Virus record (IMG/VR): IMGVR_UViG_3300043468_001414
Coordinates: 32,664 to 96,663 of that record
Reading direction: 5' to 3' (one strand)
Source of the DNA: a virus
Length of the DNA: 64,000 nucleotides
Notes under the pieces: generated by a model
What the model saw: only the letters and a program-made list of their open reading frames with translations
What the model was told of the DNA's origin: nothing
The model's database searches: none
In this document: positions 1 through 11,000 of the stretch, piece after piece
Position numbering within the stretch: position 1 is the stretch's first letter
Layout of the letters: every line of letters begins with the position of its first letter
Translations under genes and position numbers: made by a program

Positions 1-1
1 T

Positions 2-2659
2 GAGGACTTCAAGATATCCATCATTTCAGATGGTTTGATCCCTGCGTCTTACGCAAGGATTGGGGGCGGGCAGAAAATCACTCCCAGAAGCGCGCGAGTC
101 GATATTGGCGCCATCCGTTTTACAGCGAATTTGAAAGGAAGTTCTGGGAATTCCATTTCCATTGAATACACGAAAGGGGTTGCGGCGCGGCCTCTTCTTG
201 TTCGGGTTGATGGGTATCGGATTTTCGTGGATCTCGGGATGGAGGCGGTCTTGTCTGCAGGGGTTGTTGTCGGGCATAAAATTTCAACGACGGAAGCTGA
301 TATTTTGGCGGCCGTTAATTCATTTGCCTCTCAGCTTGTGAGGGCGGAGTCCGTTTTAGATTCCACTTCACTTGTCGGGGCCGTAGGGGAAGTGGGGCAA
401 TCTTATCTTACGGGAGGGCTAGATGGTGGAGGGTATGAGTATTTATTTGAATTAGCTCAAGCTCCTGTTGTTTTTTCTGATTGGGCGGGGGCAGAACTGC
501 CGCCAAAGCCTTTTATTACCAAAATACAAGCTGGTGGTCAGACGGGTGGTTATCCGCAGGTTAAATGGCCTGACATTCAAGCCCTTCATCTTCCTCCGGA
601 TTTTGAGGGAAATTATCAGTTTTATCGCAGATCGAAATTTAAGCGCAGCGCATTACTTTCAAAGCTGGATGGCGCGGTTAAAATTCAAAAAGTTATTACT
701 GATTTGATGGTGGATGAGGGGGCTTCCATGAAAGTAACGAATCCTTCAAATAATATCGCTCATATTGAGTTTGGCGGGGATTTGCTTGGGTATGATATTG
801 AGAATTTGGAAATCGTGGTCTACTCGGCCCCGCCTCCTGACATTACTTTTACGCTGGATTTCAGTAATGCCTCTGTGGCTGGAATGCTGCGAGATAGGGA
901 TTCTGTAACGCTGCCATTTGAAGTAGATGCAACGGTCTGGGTAGATTCCAGAGATAAATCAAAGGGGACTCGAACAATAAAGCTATGGAAAACGACTGCC
1001 ACGATCTCCAAGAATCTTCTTTGGGATGGCATGGCGGCGCTCCCGCCAATTAATTGGGCGGCTCGCCCCTCGCCGGTGGATTATGTTCCATTTTCAAAAA
1101 CGCAATATTTAACAGGGCAGCAGGCGGCGTATAGCGCTGTTGTGGGTAATGGGAGTTCGAAAGTATTTATTGTGAGTCATAATCTCGGTGGGGAAGACGG
1201 GACTGGAATTGTTGCTGTATCGCTTCGCGAGAATATTACGCGCGGAAGACAGCTTGCTAGTGATGAGTATGTTTTGAGATTTATAGACTCCAACTCCTTA
1301 GAGATTACCTTTGAGGAGACTCCTCTCGAGTCGGGGATTGCCGTGGTGGTTGTCGGGTATGGGCCTAAAAGTGCTTTTACGATTCACACGCATCCGATTG
1401 ATCAAGTAAAAACTATTACAGAGGCTGGAGCGACAAGCGAGTCCTTGCGCGTTATTCTTGATGAATTTAACCTAAGGATCGCTCGGCTCGAGAACTTGTA
1501 TAGGGGTGACCCGGTTGCTTTGCCTAGCGGTCTCAGCAAAAAGAAAACAAGCATTCCTGTAATCGGCGAAATTCTTCCGGATATACTCCTTGTGGATTCT
1601 GATGGGGAGACCACGATCGCCTCGCAGGTTGTGGCTGCTCAGAATCCAAAGGTAAATCCCGGATCGCCTCGTGCCGATTCTGCTCCGAAGCCTTTGCCTG
1701 GCACGGAAATGGCCGACAAAATGAAAGAGCTTGAGGCGCAAATTAAGCTTCTTGAGGCGACAAAGGCGGCGGAGACAAAAGCTGCCGCTGAGGCTGCTGT
1801 CGCACAAGCGAAGGAAGTGGAGGAGAGGGTAAAGCAAGAAGAAGCGGAGAAGCCTTCTGAAATTATTACTACTATTACTATCAAGGGAATTTACGAGGCA
1901 TCTCAGCAAGGCAAAGTTTCAGTGGTCTATCCTGCAATGAGGGGCGGCAAGTATCCGATGCTTTTGCCTGCCGTGCATGCGGCAACTCCTGTTAGCACGA
2001 CGATTGTTCCGAGCGGGTTCACGGCGGGTCTGTTTGTGAATTCTGGAAGTTCGGCAATCGTCCTGCCTGGCGGAGGAGGGAGGAAGTCGCAGAGCGTTGC
2101 TCCTGGGGGTCTCTTCGGCGGTGACGGGCGGGCGTATTATTCGGTAAGGCGCAGCGGTAATTCGAACACTTATCATCCTATCGAAATGGAGCGTGATTTG
2201 TTCCGTGTCATTATTCGCTCGGGAATGTTCCCTGCTGATAGCATATTAAAAATTCCTTTCTCCATTGATTTTAATTTTGCAACAAGCTCCCTGTCTGCTG
2301 GGGCTGGTTACTTTTTGAGAATCGAGGCGCAGGAGTTGCCTGATGCGCTGAATCCTTCGCCGACCTCTGAAAATGTCGGAGGGCTTGGGGCTAATATGCT
2401 TCTTGGATCGTCGAGAATATCTCTTTCGGCGGGAGTGAAGGAGCAGAGGAAATTTTCTCTGATGATGACCAATAACTCGGAGCGAGTCACAGAGTTTACT
2501 GATTTCGGTAAAAAATCTGTCGGGCCTCAATTCCCGCAAGGGGACTTCTTGCTTTCGGCTCGGTTGGCTCAATGGGATGTGGATGATAGCACCTCATTGC
2601 CGACAGGCCAAGTGGGAATACTTGTGCCTGACATGCAAATCATTATTGAGCAATTATAA
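2..2659 (+). CDS. Large virion structural (tail/baseplate-region) protein, 5'-truncated by window edge
   Basis: Frame is open from position 2; >870 aa; first gene of the tail cluster; C-terminal domain paralogous to the next gene. Confidence 0.6.
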   Translation, partial: EDFKISIISDGLIPASYARIGGGQKITPRSARVDIGAIRFTANLKGSSGNSISIEYTKGVAARPLLVRVDGYRIFVDLGMEAVLSAGVVVGHKISTTEADILAAVNSFASQLVRAESVLDSTSLVGAVGEVGQSYLTGGLDGGGYEYLFELAQAPVVFSDWAGAELPPKPFITKIQAGGQTGGYPQVKWPDIQALHLPPDFEGNYQFYRRSKFKRSALLSKLDGAVKIQKVITDLMVDEGASMKVTNPSNNIAHIEFGGDLLGYDIENLEIVVYSAPPPDITFTLDFSNASVAGMLRDRDSVTLPFEVDATVWVDSRDKSKGTRTIKLWKTTATISKNLLWDGMAALPPINWAARPSPVDYVPFSKTQYLTGQQAAYSAVVGNGSSKVFIVSHNLGGEDGTGIVAVSLRENITRGRQLASDEYVLRFIDSNSLEITFEETPLESGIAVVVVGYGPKSAFTIHTHPIDQVKTITEAGATSESLRVILDEFNLRIARLENLYRGDPVALPSGLSKKKTSIPVIGEILPDILLVDSDGETTIASQVVAAQNPKVNPGSPRADSAPKPLPGTEMADKMKELEAQIKLLEATKAAETKAAAEAAVAQAKEVEERVKQEEAEKPSEIITTITIKGIYEASQQGKVSVVYPAMRGGKYPMLLPAVHAATPVSTTIVPSGFTAGLFVNSGSSAIVLPGGGGRKSQSVAPGGLFGGDGRAYYSVRRSGNSNTYHPIEMERDLFRVIIRSGMFPADSILKIPFSIDFNFATSSLSAGAGYFLRIEAQELPDALNPSPTSENVGGLGANMLLGSSRISLSAGVKEQRKFSLMMTNNSERVTEFTDFGKKSVGPQFPQGDFLLSARLAQWDVDDSTSLPTGQVGILVPDMQIIIEQL

Positions 2660-2660
2660 T

Positions 2661-4343
2661 ATGTTTATTCAGACTCTTGCGGCTATTGATGCGACTCCAG
2701 TTCCAGCCTTGGGGCTTCTGCCCGCCATTCATGATGTGGAAGTTGAGTTGGTTTCTCAATTCAATAATGAAGCCTTGCTTGGAAATATTAAAAATGCAGT
2801 AACTCAAGGAGCGGCGGCTTTGGTTACTGCTGAAATAGTCAGTAAAGAGTTAATTCTTACTGCTAAAAGTGTTGGCGTTTTAAGCATTAGTGCAATTTCT
2901 GAAGGCAATGGAGTTTTGAGCGTCGTATCTACTCAGGCAGGTAAGAATGTCGAGGAGGTGACATTGAGCGTAGCAAATTCAGGGGAAGCGGCTTATGTTA
3001 TTAATGGAGAAAATAATCCAACTCTTTCGTTTGTCCCTGGAAATAAATATACAATTAATGTGAACGCGCCTGGGCATCCGTTTTGGATCCAATCGGTGCC
3101 GGGTGCTTACAGTTCTGCTGCCATTTATTCCGATGGCATTACAGGTAATGGAACGGAGAGCGGGGTTATTGTGTTTGAAGTCCCTGTTAATGCCCCTACG
3201 CTTTATTATGCGGGCCAGTATCATTCCTCGATGAGCGGAAGCATTGGCATGTCAAATCTTGGACTGGGGGCTGGAGTGGCTCAAGTTTCAAAATTAAAGC
3301 TTAGCGGAAATGTCAATGAGGAGGATGTATATAAGATTACTATTGGAGACAATATATACACTATCACTTACGGGTCATATCAGCTCCCGGGGTTTGTGGC
3401 GGCGAAAGGGCGCGTGTTTTTGAATGACACGGGGAAATCCGTAGTTTTGCCAGAGTCTGGCAAGTGGCCGTCCAGATCCCTGCCAGACAGTCAGCTTTGC
3501 GGCGGTGATGGGCGGTTGCTGTATGAGGTGATTCACAAGCCTGGCTCGTCATCTTATTACCCGCAAGTATTTGAAAGAAATATTTATACATTTTCTTTTT
3601 CAGGCGAAACATTTCCTCGTGGAGAAATTTTCGACTTCAGCAGGTTTTTTTATTTTCGTTTGATTGGCAATAATACAACGGCTGTATGGAGTGTGATTTT
3701 TGAGGCTGGAGAAATTCTTTCGCAGACCGCTCCAAGCAAATCCATTTCCAGTGGCGCGACATTGACCTCTGGGCAAAAAACAATTTTCGTTACTCCGGCT
3801 AAGGCTCTTGAGTTGAGCCAATGGATGGTCGTAACAGGGGATGGTGTCTTGGGGGCGGCGATAGGTGATCAGAAAACCTATATTTCTGCTATTAACACGG
3901 AGACGGGGGCGTTGACTTTGACTCAAGCAGCAACAGCCTCCGGTCAAAAGACATTGGTTTTCACGGCGCCGGTAGGTCCAAATATTGAGCGTATTAATTG
4001 GTTGCCGCCACTGATGGAAGAGAAGGTGCATTTAACGGATTTGAAGTCTGTCAGTGCGCTCGGGGTGTGGATCAAGAATCATGGGACCCGTGAAATTGTT
4101 AGGCCAGATGGGGAAATAGAAATAGACCCTAATCGTAATGAGATGGGGTTTGAGGGGTGGCGCTTGGTGTATCAAAAGAGATACCCGATTCCTCATGAAT
4201 GCCTGCCGACTTCTTCGAATTTTGTTATCCGATTGAGGATTGGCCAATTTGATACCGAAAATAGCGTTTCTTCTCCCAAAGGATATGCCGCTTATTTGAT
4301 TAGAGCGGACGAGGAGGATGCGGCATCGGCTGATTCCGCGTAG
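2661..4343 (+). CDS. Virion structural protein with inserted cupredoxin-like and Ig-like segments
   Basis: ATG at 2661 directly after upstream stop; NNPTL..GHPFWI..NAPTLYYxxQYHSSM segment typical of phage tail/baseplate proteins. Confidence 0.6.
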   Translation: MFIQTLAAIDATPVPALGLLPAIHDVEVELVSQFNNEALLGNIKNAVTQGAAALVTAEIVSKELILTAKSVGVLSISAISEGNGVLSVVSTQAGKNVEEVTLSVANSGEAAYVINGENNPTLSFVPGNKYTINVNAPGHPFWIQSVPGAYSSAAIYSDGITGNGTESGVIVFEVPVNAPTLYYAGQYHSSMSGSIGMSNLGLGAGVAQVSKLKLSGNVNEEDVYKITIGDNIYTITYGSYQLPGFVAAKGRVFLNDTGKSVVLPESGKWPSRSLPDSQLCGGDGRLLYEVIHKPGSSSYYPQVFERNIYTFSFSGETFPRGEIFDFSRFFYFRLIGNNTTAVWSVIFEAGEILSQTAPSKSISSGATLTSGQKTIFVTPAKALELSQWMVVTGDGVLGAAIGDQKTYISAINTETGALTLTQAATASGQKTLVFTAPVGPNIERINWLPPLMEEKVHLTDLKSVSALGVWIKNHGTREIVRPDGEIEIDPNRNEMGFEGWRLVYQKRYPIPHECLPTSSNFVIRLRIGQFDTENSVSSPKGYAAYLIRADEEDAASADSA

Positions 4344-4366
4344 GCGTTGACGGGCAAGGATTGATT

Positions 4367-6508
4367 ATGTCCGATTGGATACGATTTGGTCAAAAAATAG
4401 TAGGCGCTACCAGCAGCCAGGGGCTCGGCCGCAGTGGGGCGATGAGTGGCAATGGGATGCGGATGGCTGTAAGTAGCGGGGGGCTTGTCAGGGTTTATTC
4501 TTACGCTGCGGGTAATTGGACGCAATTGGGCTCAGATTTCGGGGGAACGTGGAACGCGACCGCGCGCCCGATGGCGCTCAATTTTTCAGGCGACCGTATA
4601 ATTTTAGGAAAGCCTTCCTACTACGCGGGTAGTAGTATTTGGCTTGGTGGCTCACTTCAGGTTTACATATATAACGGAAATTCCTGGGAGGAGTATGGAC
4701 AGGAGATTTCTTGGGGTCAGAATCAGAACTCAGGTTTCGGAAATGCTGTTGCCATTAATGCCTCTGGAAATGTTATTGCCACTGGTGTTCCTGGCGCCGT
4801 GACAGGGCAGTTCTCCGCCGGGCTTGTTAAAATTTTTAAATGGGATGGGGCAAATTGGGCTCTTGAAAAAGATATTCAAGTAGCCGGATTGGATGTTTCT
4901 CTGAATGCCGCCGGCGATCGGTTGGCCGCCTCTGCTTCCAGTTCTACCCGAGTTTTTGACAAAAATACCAACAACTGGGGAGCGATAGGGCAAAACTTGA
5001 TTTCTTCGAGTGCTCGAGTCCACTTAAGTGCGGATGGCGCGCGGTGCGCCATTGCAGACAGCGGCGATGTTCGTGTGTTTGGGTTGCTGGATGGGGCTTG
5101 GAGCCAATTAGGGTTTGTCATTCCCGTCGCGAATGCCCGGGCCAGCCTTAATTCTACGGGCGACAGGGTGATGGTGAAAGATGCGACCAAGGCTTCGGTT
5201 TACTCTTTCAATGGGGCAACTTGGAATAAGATCAGTCAAGATTTCCTATTGGATGGAGCAGGTGATCTGGCGTTCGGCGTTGCCATAAACTCTGACGGGG
5301 ATCGAATTGCTGTTGCTTCGCCGAACTCGGATGTCTCTGGAGGTGATTTTGTTGCGGTTGATGCTGGAAGTATTGAAACTTATTTTTCAAATACCCCGGT
5401 GGCTCCTCCAGTCATTACAATCCCTGCGTCCTCGCTGACCTACCCTGTAAATCAGAATTTCACTTACCAACTCGCTGCGACGAACGCGCCTACATCTTGG
5501 AGTTTGAATTCCGGGCAAGCGCTTCCTCCAGGCTTAACGCTCAATCAAGGGACAGGGGAAATTTCGGGGGCCATTTCGCAGCTCGGCACTTGGCAAGTGG
5601 CTTTCTTGGCCAGCAACGCGGGAGGGGGTAGCTCACCTGGAGCCATTACTTTTATCGCTTATAATCCTGGGTCTAATCCTGGGTCTGGGGTTCCTCAAGG
5701 TAATAATCCAGTGATCAGCAAGGCGCAGGGGGTGGTGGCCTACGGGGTTGGGCAGAACTTTATTTTCCAGCTAACAGCGAGCGGCAACCCGAGAGCGTGG
5801 CGATTAGGCGCGGGCCAGTCGTTGCCGCCTGGGGTGGTTTTTAATCCTATCTCTGGCACGCTTTCTGGCGCTGGGGTGGCTCCTGGGGTGTGGGGGCTTA
5901 CTTTCATTGCCACGAATAATAATGGCGATAGTGCGCCGCAGACTTTTACGATCGGGATTTACGATGTGGGTGGCTCGCGGGAATTTTCTAAAAAGGCGCT
6001 GATCAATCTCAAGACCCTTGCGGTGACATTTGAGGATCCGGCGAGTGAGATCAAGGGGGCGAATAACGCTGTCGCCGCGGCAGCGGGCCAAGTGCGCTAT
6101 GGGGATGATATTATTTTCAAGTTGGCGTTTACCGATGGAACGGGCACCGGGCAGGGGGCGAGTTTGATTTACAATGAGGTGGCGGCGCGGGTCGTGATGG
6201 CGCGCTTTTCGATGAAGGGTAATGAGACTGAGGCGGCGTTTTTTGTAACCCCTCCCCCGGCTTTTAAGAAAAGCGCGGAGTATTTGGCGGGGGTTTATTC
6301 TACAAATTATTACTTGAGTGCAAAAATTGCAGGAACTGCATTGCAATCGTATCTTGGGGATTTTGAGAGTGATTCCGGCACATTTGCAAATGCCTTGTGC
6401 GAGTTTGAGTTGGAATTTGAGCGTCCTGCTGCTGCCAGCGGGCCTTTGACGACTCGTGTGACCACGCAACCCTTCCTGCTTCGCGTAAGCAGGGATTTGA
6501 TCTCGTAG
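4367..6508 (+). CDS. Tail-associated protein: FG-GAP-like beta-propeller plus He_PIG-type Ig domains
   Basis: Repeats such as FGNAVAINASGNVIA, W.QLG and LPPGLTLNQGTGEISG. Confidence 0.7.
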   Translation: MSDWIRFGQKIVGATSSQGLGRSGAMSGNGMRMAVSSGGLVRVYSYAAGNWTQLGSDFGGTWNATARPMALNFSGDRIILGKPSYYAGSSIWLGGSLQVYIYNGNSWEEYGQEISWGQNQNSGFGNAVAINASGNVIATGVPGAVTGQFSAGLVKIFKWDGANWALEKDIQVAGLDVSLNAAGDRLAASASSSTRVFDKNTNNWGAIGQNLISSSARVHLSADGARCAIADSGDVRVFGLLDGAWSQLGFVIPVANARASLNSTGDRVMVKDATKASVYSFNGATWNKISQDFLLDGAGDLAFGVAINSDGDRIAVASPNSDVSGGDFVAVDAGSIETYFSNTPVAPPVITIPASSLTYPVNQNFTYQLAATNAPTSWSLNSGQALPPGLTLNQGTGEISGAISQLGTWQVAFLASNAGGGSSPGAITFIAYNPGSNPGSGVPQGNNPVISKAQGVVAYGVGQNFIFQLTASGNPRAWRLGAGQSLPPGVVFNPISGTLSGAGVAPGVWGLTFIATNNNGDSAPQTFTIGIYDVGGSREFSKKALINLKTLAVTFEDPASEIKGANNAVAAAAGQVRYGDDIIFKLAFTDGTGTGQGASLIYNEVAARVVMARFSMKGNETEAAFFVTPPPAFKKSAEYLAGVYSTNYYLSAKIAGTALQSYLGDFESDSGTFANALCEFELEFERPAAASGPLTTRVTTQPFLLRVSRDLIS

Positions 6509-6509
6509 C

Positions 6510-7580
6510 ATGGGAGTCGAGCCTCCGTCTCGGGATGTTTTCCTTTATATCCCATCATTTGAGAAAGCTCCGGCGGATCTCAATGATGTGTGGGTGCGGG
6601 GCGGCGACTGTGTTTTCGCTCGATGGACGGGGTTGGGCGCGATTCCTCCGGGGGTGAATTGGGCAGGAACAGAAGAGGGGTTGCATTTCTGGGGGGTGCC
6701 AAATCGTGTGGGCACTTGGGAGGCGGAATTTGAGGGGCCGTATCCAGGGAATTTTGAGAGTTTGCTGACGCGGGGCGGTTCCGATGTGTTGCCGCTTCGG
6801 CTTGATGCGGGCGGCGCTCCCGGGGCTGTGCATGTAGGTAAATTCACCTTGCGGTTTCATGTCTTGAAGCAAGAGGGGTATACTTTGGGGCAGGTGGTGC
6901 GGGAGTTGTTTTCGAGCCAAGATGCGGCGCAGACGGCGCGGCGCGCTTCTTGGCAATGCGCTCGCTGCATCGGAGCACGCCCATTGAGCGAGTTGGTTTC
7001 TGAAAGCGGCGTGTTTCCCGAGGTTGATTTGGGTGTGGCGCAGGGGTTGGATGGGGTGGCGGCAAATTTGGCTGAGCAGATCAACGCTTCGGGCATGGCG
7101 ACGGCGACAAAGAGCGGGGTGGTAGTGACTGTTACTGCGTTGGAGGTAGGGTCGCTGACGATCTCGGCGAGTTCCACGAGGCAGGGCTCGATTGCAGCGG
7201 TTAATACCACGCCGGGATCAACAACGCAGAAGGCGGTCTCTACGATTTCCCTTTCGGGAGCTTTTCAGGGTGGAGTGGTTTATGTTGTTGCGGTGGGGGG
7301 CGCTTCATTTTCTGTAACGACCTATGCGCCTCCCAAGTCATTGGCGTTGTGGAGGTATGCGACTCCTGCGGCTTACGCTGACCCGGAGGGGGTCTCTGCG
7401 AGGATTTTAGAGTGTGATGACTTGGATCGCGTGGATCTTGGGGCGAGTGATTGGGTTTTCTCTCGGCCTGCGGGGATTGATCGTTCGCTGGATGGGTGCT
7501 TACTTACGGCGGGTGTGCTAGGAAATCCGGAAATCGGAGCGCGCTCCGAGGTTGCGGTGAGTGCGGTGATCCCTTTGTGA
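6510..7580 (+). CDS. Virion structural protein, hypothetical
   Basis: 356 aa, tightly packed in the tail operon; shares an Ig-like segment with 2661..4343. Confidence 0.55.
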   Translation: MGVEPPSRDVFLYIPSFEKAPADLNDVWVRGGDCVFARWTGLGAIPPGVNWAGTEEGLHFWGVPNRVGTWEAEFEGPYPGNFESLLTRGGSDVLPLRLDAGGAPGAVHVGKFTLRFHVLKQEGYTLGQVVRELFSSQDAAQTARRASWQCARCIGARPLSELVSESGVFPEVDLGVAQGLDGVAANLAEQINASGMATATKSGVVVTVTALEVGSLTISASSTRQGSIAAVNTTPGSTTQKAVSTISLSGAFQGGVVYVVAVGGASFSVTTYAPPKSLALWRYATPAAYADPEGVSARILECDDLDRVDLGASDWVFSRPAGIDRSLDGCLLTAGVLGNPEIGARSEVAVSAVIPL

Positions 7581-7605
7581 TGTTGACAGGTCGGGATTGG
7601 TTGAT

Positions 7606-8004
7606 ATGAGCGCATTCTCTGATTACCTTGAAAATAAAGTGTTGGATCATCTGATGAGCCGCACGACCTATACGGCTCCGGCCTCCGTTTATTTCTCCCT
7701 GTATACTTCCGCCCCATCGGATACGGGGGGTGGTGCGGAAGTCAATGGCGGCGGGTATGCTCGGGTTGGTGTAACGAATGATGTGGCAAACTGGCCACTG
7801 GCTACTGGTGGAGTAAAGAAAAACGCCAACACCATCACTTTCCCCGAAGCCACTGCGGCTTGGGGGACGGTTGTAGCCATCGGGATTCATGACGCGGCGT
7901 CTGGTGGGAATCTTTTATTTTGGACGACGATTACTTCGCGATCCGTGGTGCAGGGCGATATTCCTCGATTCAATGCCCTGGGCGTCTCGATCAGTTTGAA
8001 TTAA
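7606..8004 (+). CDS. Small conserved tail-associated protein
   Basis: MSAFSDYLENKVLDH..VYFSLYT..GGGYAR..ITFP.AT..WGTV..DA..GGNLL is a widespread phage tail family pattern. Confidence 0.75.
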   Translation: MSAFSDYLENKVLDHLMSRTTYTAPASVYFSLYTSAPSDTGGGAEVNGGGYARVGVTNDVANWPLATGGVKKNANTITFPEATAAWGTVVAIGIHDAASGGNLLFWTTITSRSVVQGDIPRFNALGVSISLN

Positions 8005-8022
8005 AAAAGCTAAAATGATCAG

Positions 8023-8060
8023 GCGCGGGGCATTCGTGAATGCTCCGCGCTTTTATTTTT
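8023..8060 (+). terminator. Rho-independent terminator
   Basis: GCGCGGGGCATTC-GT-GAATGCTCCGCGC followed by TTTTATTTTT. Confidence 0.85.
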
Positions 8061-8071
8061 AAGTAAACACC

Positions 8072-11000
8072 ATGGAACTAACTCTACCATCCGCGGCATT
8101 TGGGGCATACGGTGTTTTAAAGCTTGCGGATGAGCACTGGGAGAGGTTTATCAACTTGGGCGGCGGCGCTCCTATTACGCCAAGTTCTTCCCTTCAAATC
8201 TTTTTGCAGGGGTGTTCTGGAGAGGTGTATTTCCCTAAAAGCATCATATCCGGGAACTATATTTATTCATTGAATGGCTCGGGGCAATTGGTTAGATATG
8301 TTTTATCAACCTTGTCGTTGGATAATTCTTTTACGCCTGTCTATGATGTCAAAGACATGCGGGCGGTTTCTGGTTCTGGTGGCGTGATGCTGCTAAGGGG
8401 GGATGGGAGTGTTGATTTTGTAGGAGGGGCGTCTGATCCATTTGCAAATTCGGCGGTAGGCAAGATCTCTTCAGGGGCGATTGGCATAGTTTCGAATCGT
8501 TACACTTCTCAGGTCGGCGTGCTTAAGTCAGACGGGACTTTAGTTTTTCAGAACGGATATTCGGATGTTAAAGTCTCCGGAGCCTCCTATAATTTCGTAG
8601 CGATTTCCGACGCAAAGGGGAATAATTATGACAGACGAGGTTTTTTTCATGCGATTACCCAAGGGGGGGAAGTTTACGGGGCTAGTTATCCTGACGGAAC
8701 TCTTCGTGAGATATCTTTAAATACTACGCTTTCTGCGGGTGACGACATAGCGACTGCCCAGTTCTTCTCCTACGGCGATTATTCAATTGTTCTTAAAAAC
8801 GGGAGAATTTATGATCCCGATTTTAACCCAGACGCTGATTTCGCGGGCTTGTATTCTCAAGTGTGTTCTGGGAGTGGGTATGTGATTGCGTTAAGGGCAG
8901 ACGGCGTGGTTGTTTGTAAAGGAGATAGTCCCCCCTCGATTCCTTTTGGCTACAACCACTCTTTTATTTCTGTGCGGGATGGATGCTTCACCCGCACTGA
9001 TGGTTCGCAATTTATCTATTCGGCTGCTAAAGGGCAAAATATCCCGGAAGACTTAAAGATTCCGCTTTTTGCAAGAAAATCATCTCCTTCAATACGATAT
9101 GCGGGCTCATTTTATGATTTAGCGGAGGCTGCGGAGGTTTCTTTTGGCCCGGCGGTATCGCCAGGGTTCCGCCCGCAGGCTTTTGCGGTGGCTTCTAACG
9201 TCCCTTCTTCGTCCTTGGTCGCCGGGAATTGGTATCAAATCGCTGTTTCGGGGACTACAAGTTGGACAGGCGCTGGCGCTTCAAGTAATTCCGTTGGAAC
9301 AATATTCAAGGCAACAACGGCGAGGAGCGGGACTGGCACGGCCAATTTATTAAAGTCTGAATTCTCTGATGTTGGGCAATACGAGTTATTGTCCTCAGAC
9401 TACTCTTATTCGCTGGAAAATGTGGTCTTGACGATTACCCCGGGCGTGCCGGTAATCGAGAATCCGACTGCCGCTGGAAAGGTCGGCGTGGCGTTTAGCA
9501 AGTCTTTCTTGACAAACGGAACCAACCGCCCTGTGACTTCGTGGAGCGCGGCTGGGCTGCCTGCGTGGGCGAGCCTTAACTCCTCGACGGGGGTAATCTC
9601 GGGCACCCCGCAGGATGCGGGGGATTATCAATTTCAGCTCACGGCCAGCAGCTCTGTGGGTAGCGATACCGAGCAGGTAACGATTTCTGTGGCGGTGGGT
9701 GCGGCGACCGTTTTGGCGGGTCAGAGCTTCACGGGTAAGGTCGGCGAGGCTTTCTCTGCTCAAGTGGCAATGGATGATGTGGTGGATCGGCCTGCGACAA
9801 GCTGGGCTGCTGGCAGCTTGCCGACCGGGTTGAGCATCAATTCTACTACGGGGGAGATTAGCGGCATACCTACCTCAAAGGGGTCGAAGGTCGCCTCCAT
9901 TTCGGCAAGCGGGCCAGGAGGGAGTTCGCCGCCTGCCAGTGTTTCTTTTGCGATTGCCGAGGGCGTGCCGATCATTACAGCAGGGCAGGTGCTGCGTGGG
10001 TGGGCGGAAGCGGCGTTGGTTAAATCGCCCGCACTCACGGACTCGGCAAATCGCCCCGCGACCTCTTGGAGCGCCTTGGGGCTGCCTGAGTGGGCGGCGC
10101 TGGATGCTGGCACTGGAGTTATTACTGGATCGCCGCAGGAATCGGATATTTATTCGATCGTTGTTACCGCTGAAGGTCCTGGCGGACTCGATACCGAGAC
10201 GGTTCAAATCAAGATCGATCCAGTCTTCGTCGCTAATTTCTCGGGGGAATGTTCTTTGGGGGTAGCTTGGGATAGTCGGCTGGTGGTAGTATTTTCCAGC
10301 GAGGGGACTCTGGATGCTCATTTATCGGAGGGCCCGCAGCTGGTGGTAGTATTTTCCGGCGAGGCGACTCTGGATGCTCATTTATTTGGCGCGGATTCGG
10401 TTTTTGTGGATTTTCAGAGCGCGGGATTTCTGGAGGCCGGGGAGTCTTGGTTATTATATCGGGATTTTGAGCCGAGTTTGCAGGGAGTCTCGAGCATGGA
10501 TGGCAAGTTTATTGCCAGGGATTTGCAGAGGTTTGCATGGGGCGAGTTTGATTTGGCCAAGGATTTCCGAGGGGAGATTTATTTGCATTGCTATACCACC
10601 AGCCATGGTCGCATGACTCCTGCTCCGCTGATAAAGGCGGGGGTGAAATTGTTTAATAGCCGAGTGGAGTCGGAAGCGTATCGCGAGGTCGAGGGGGCTG
10701 AGGGGAGGCCTTTTGATTTGGAATTGCAAGCGGCGGCGGGGGTGTTGAATGGAGTGGTGCCAGTGACGCAATCGAGAGTGCGCGCGGTGTATAATATTTG
10801 GGCTATGCAAGTCCCGCCGCCCGAGTCGCAGGTTCATTTGAGCATTTACTTGAAGAGGCAGGGCTCTGACTGCGCGGCTAAGCTGGAGGAGGTTGCTGAT
10901 TCCGGGTGGCCAGCAGGAAATGCTCGGGAGGTTAAATATGCGGAGTGGGATTTGTGCGGGGATTTGCCGCCTCGCTGTCAGCCTGCGGCGAGCGGGTGGT

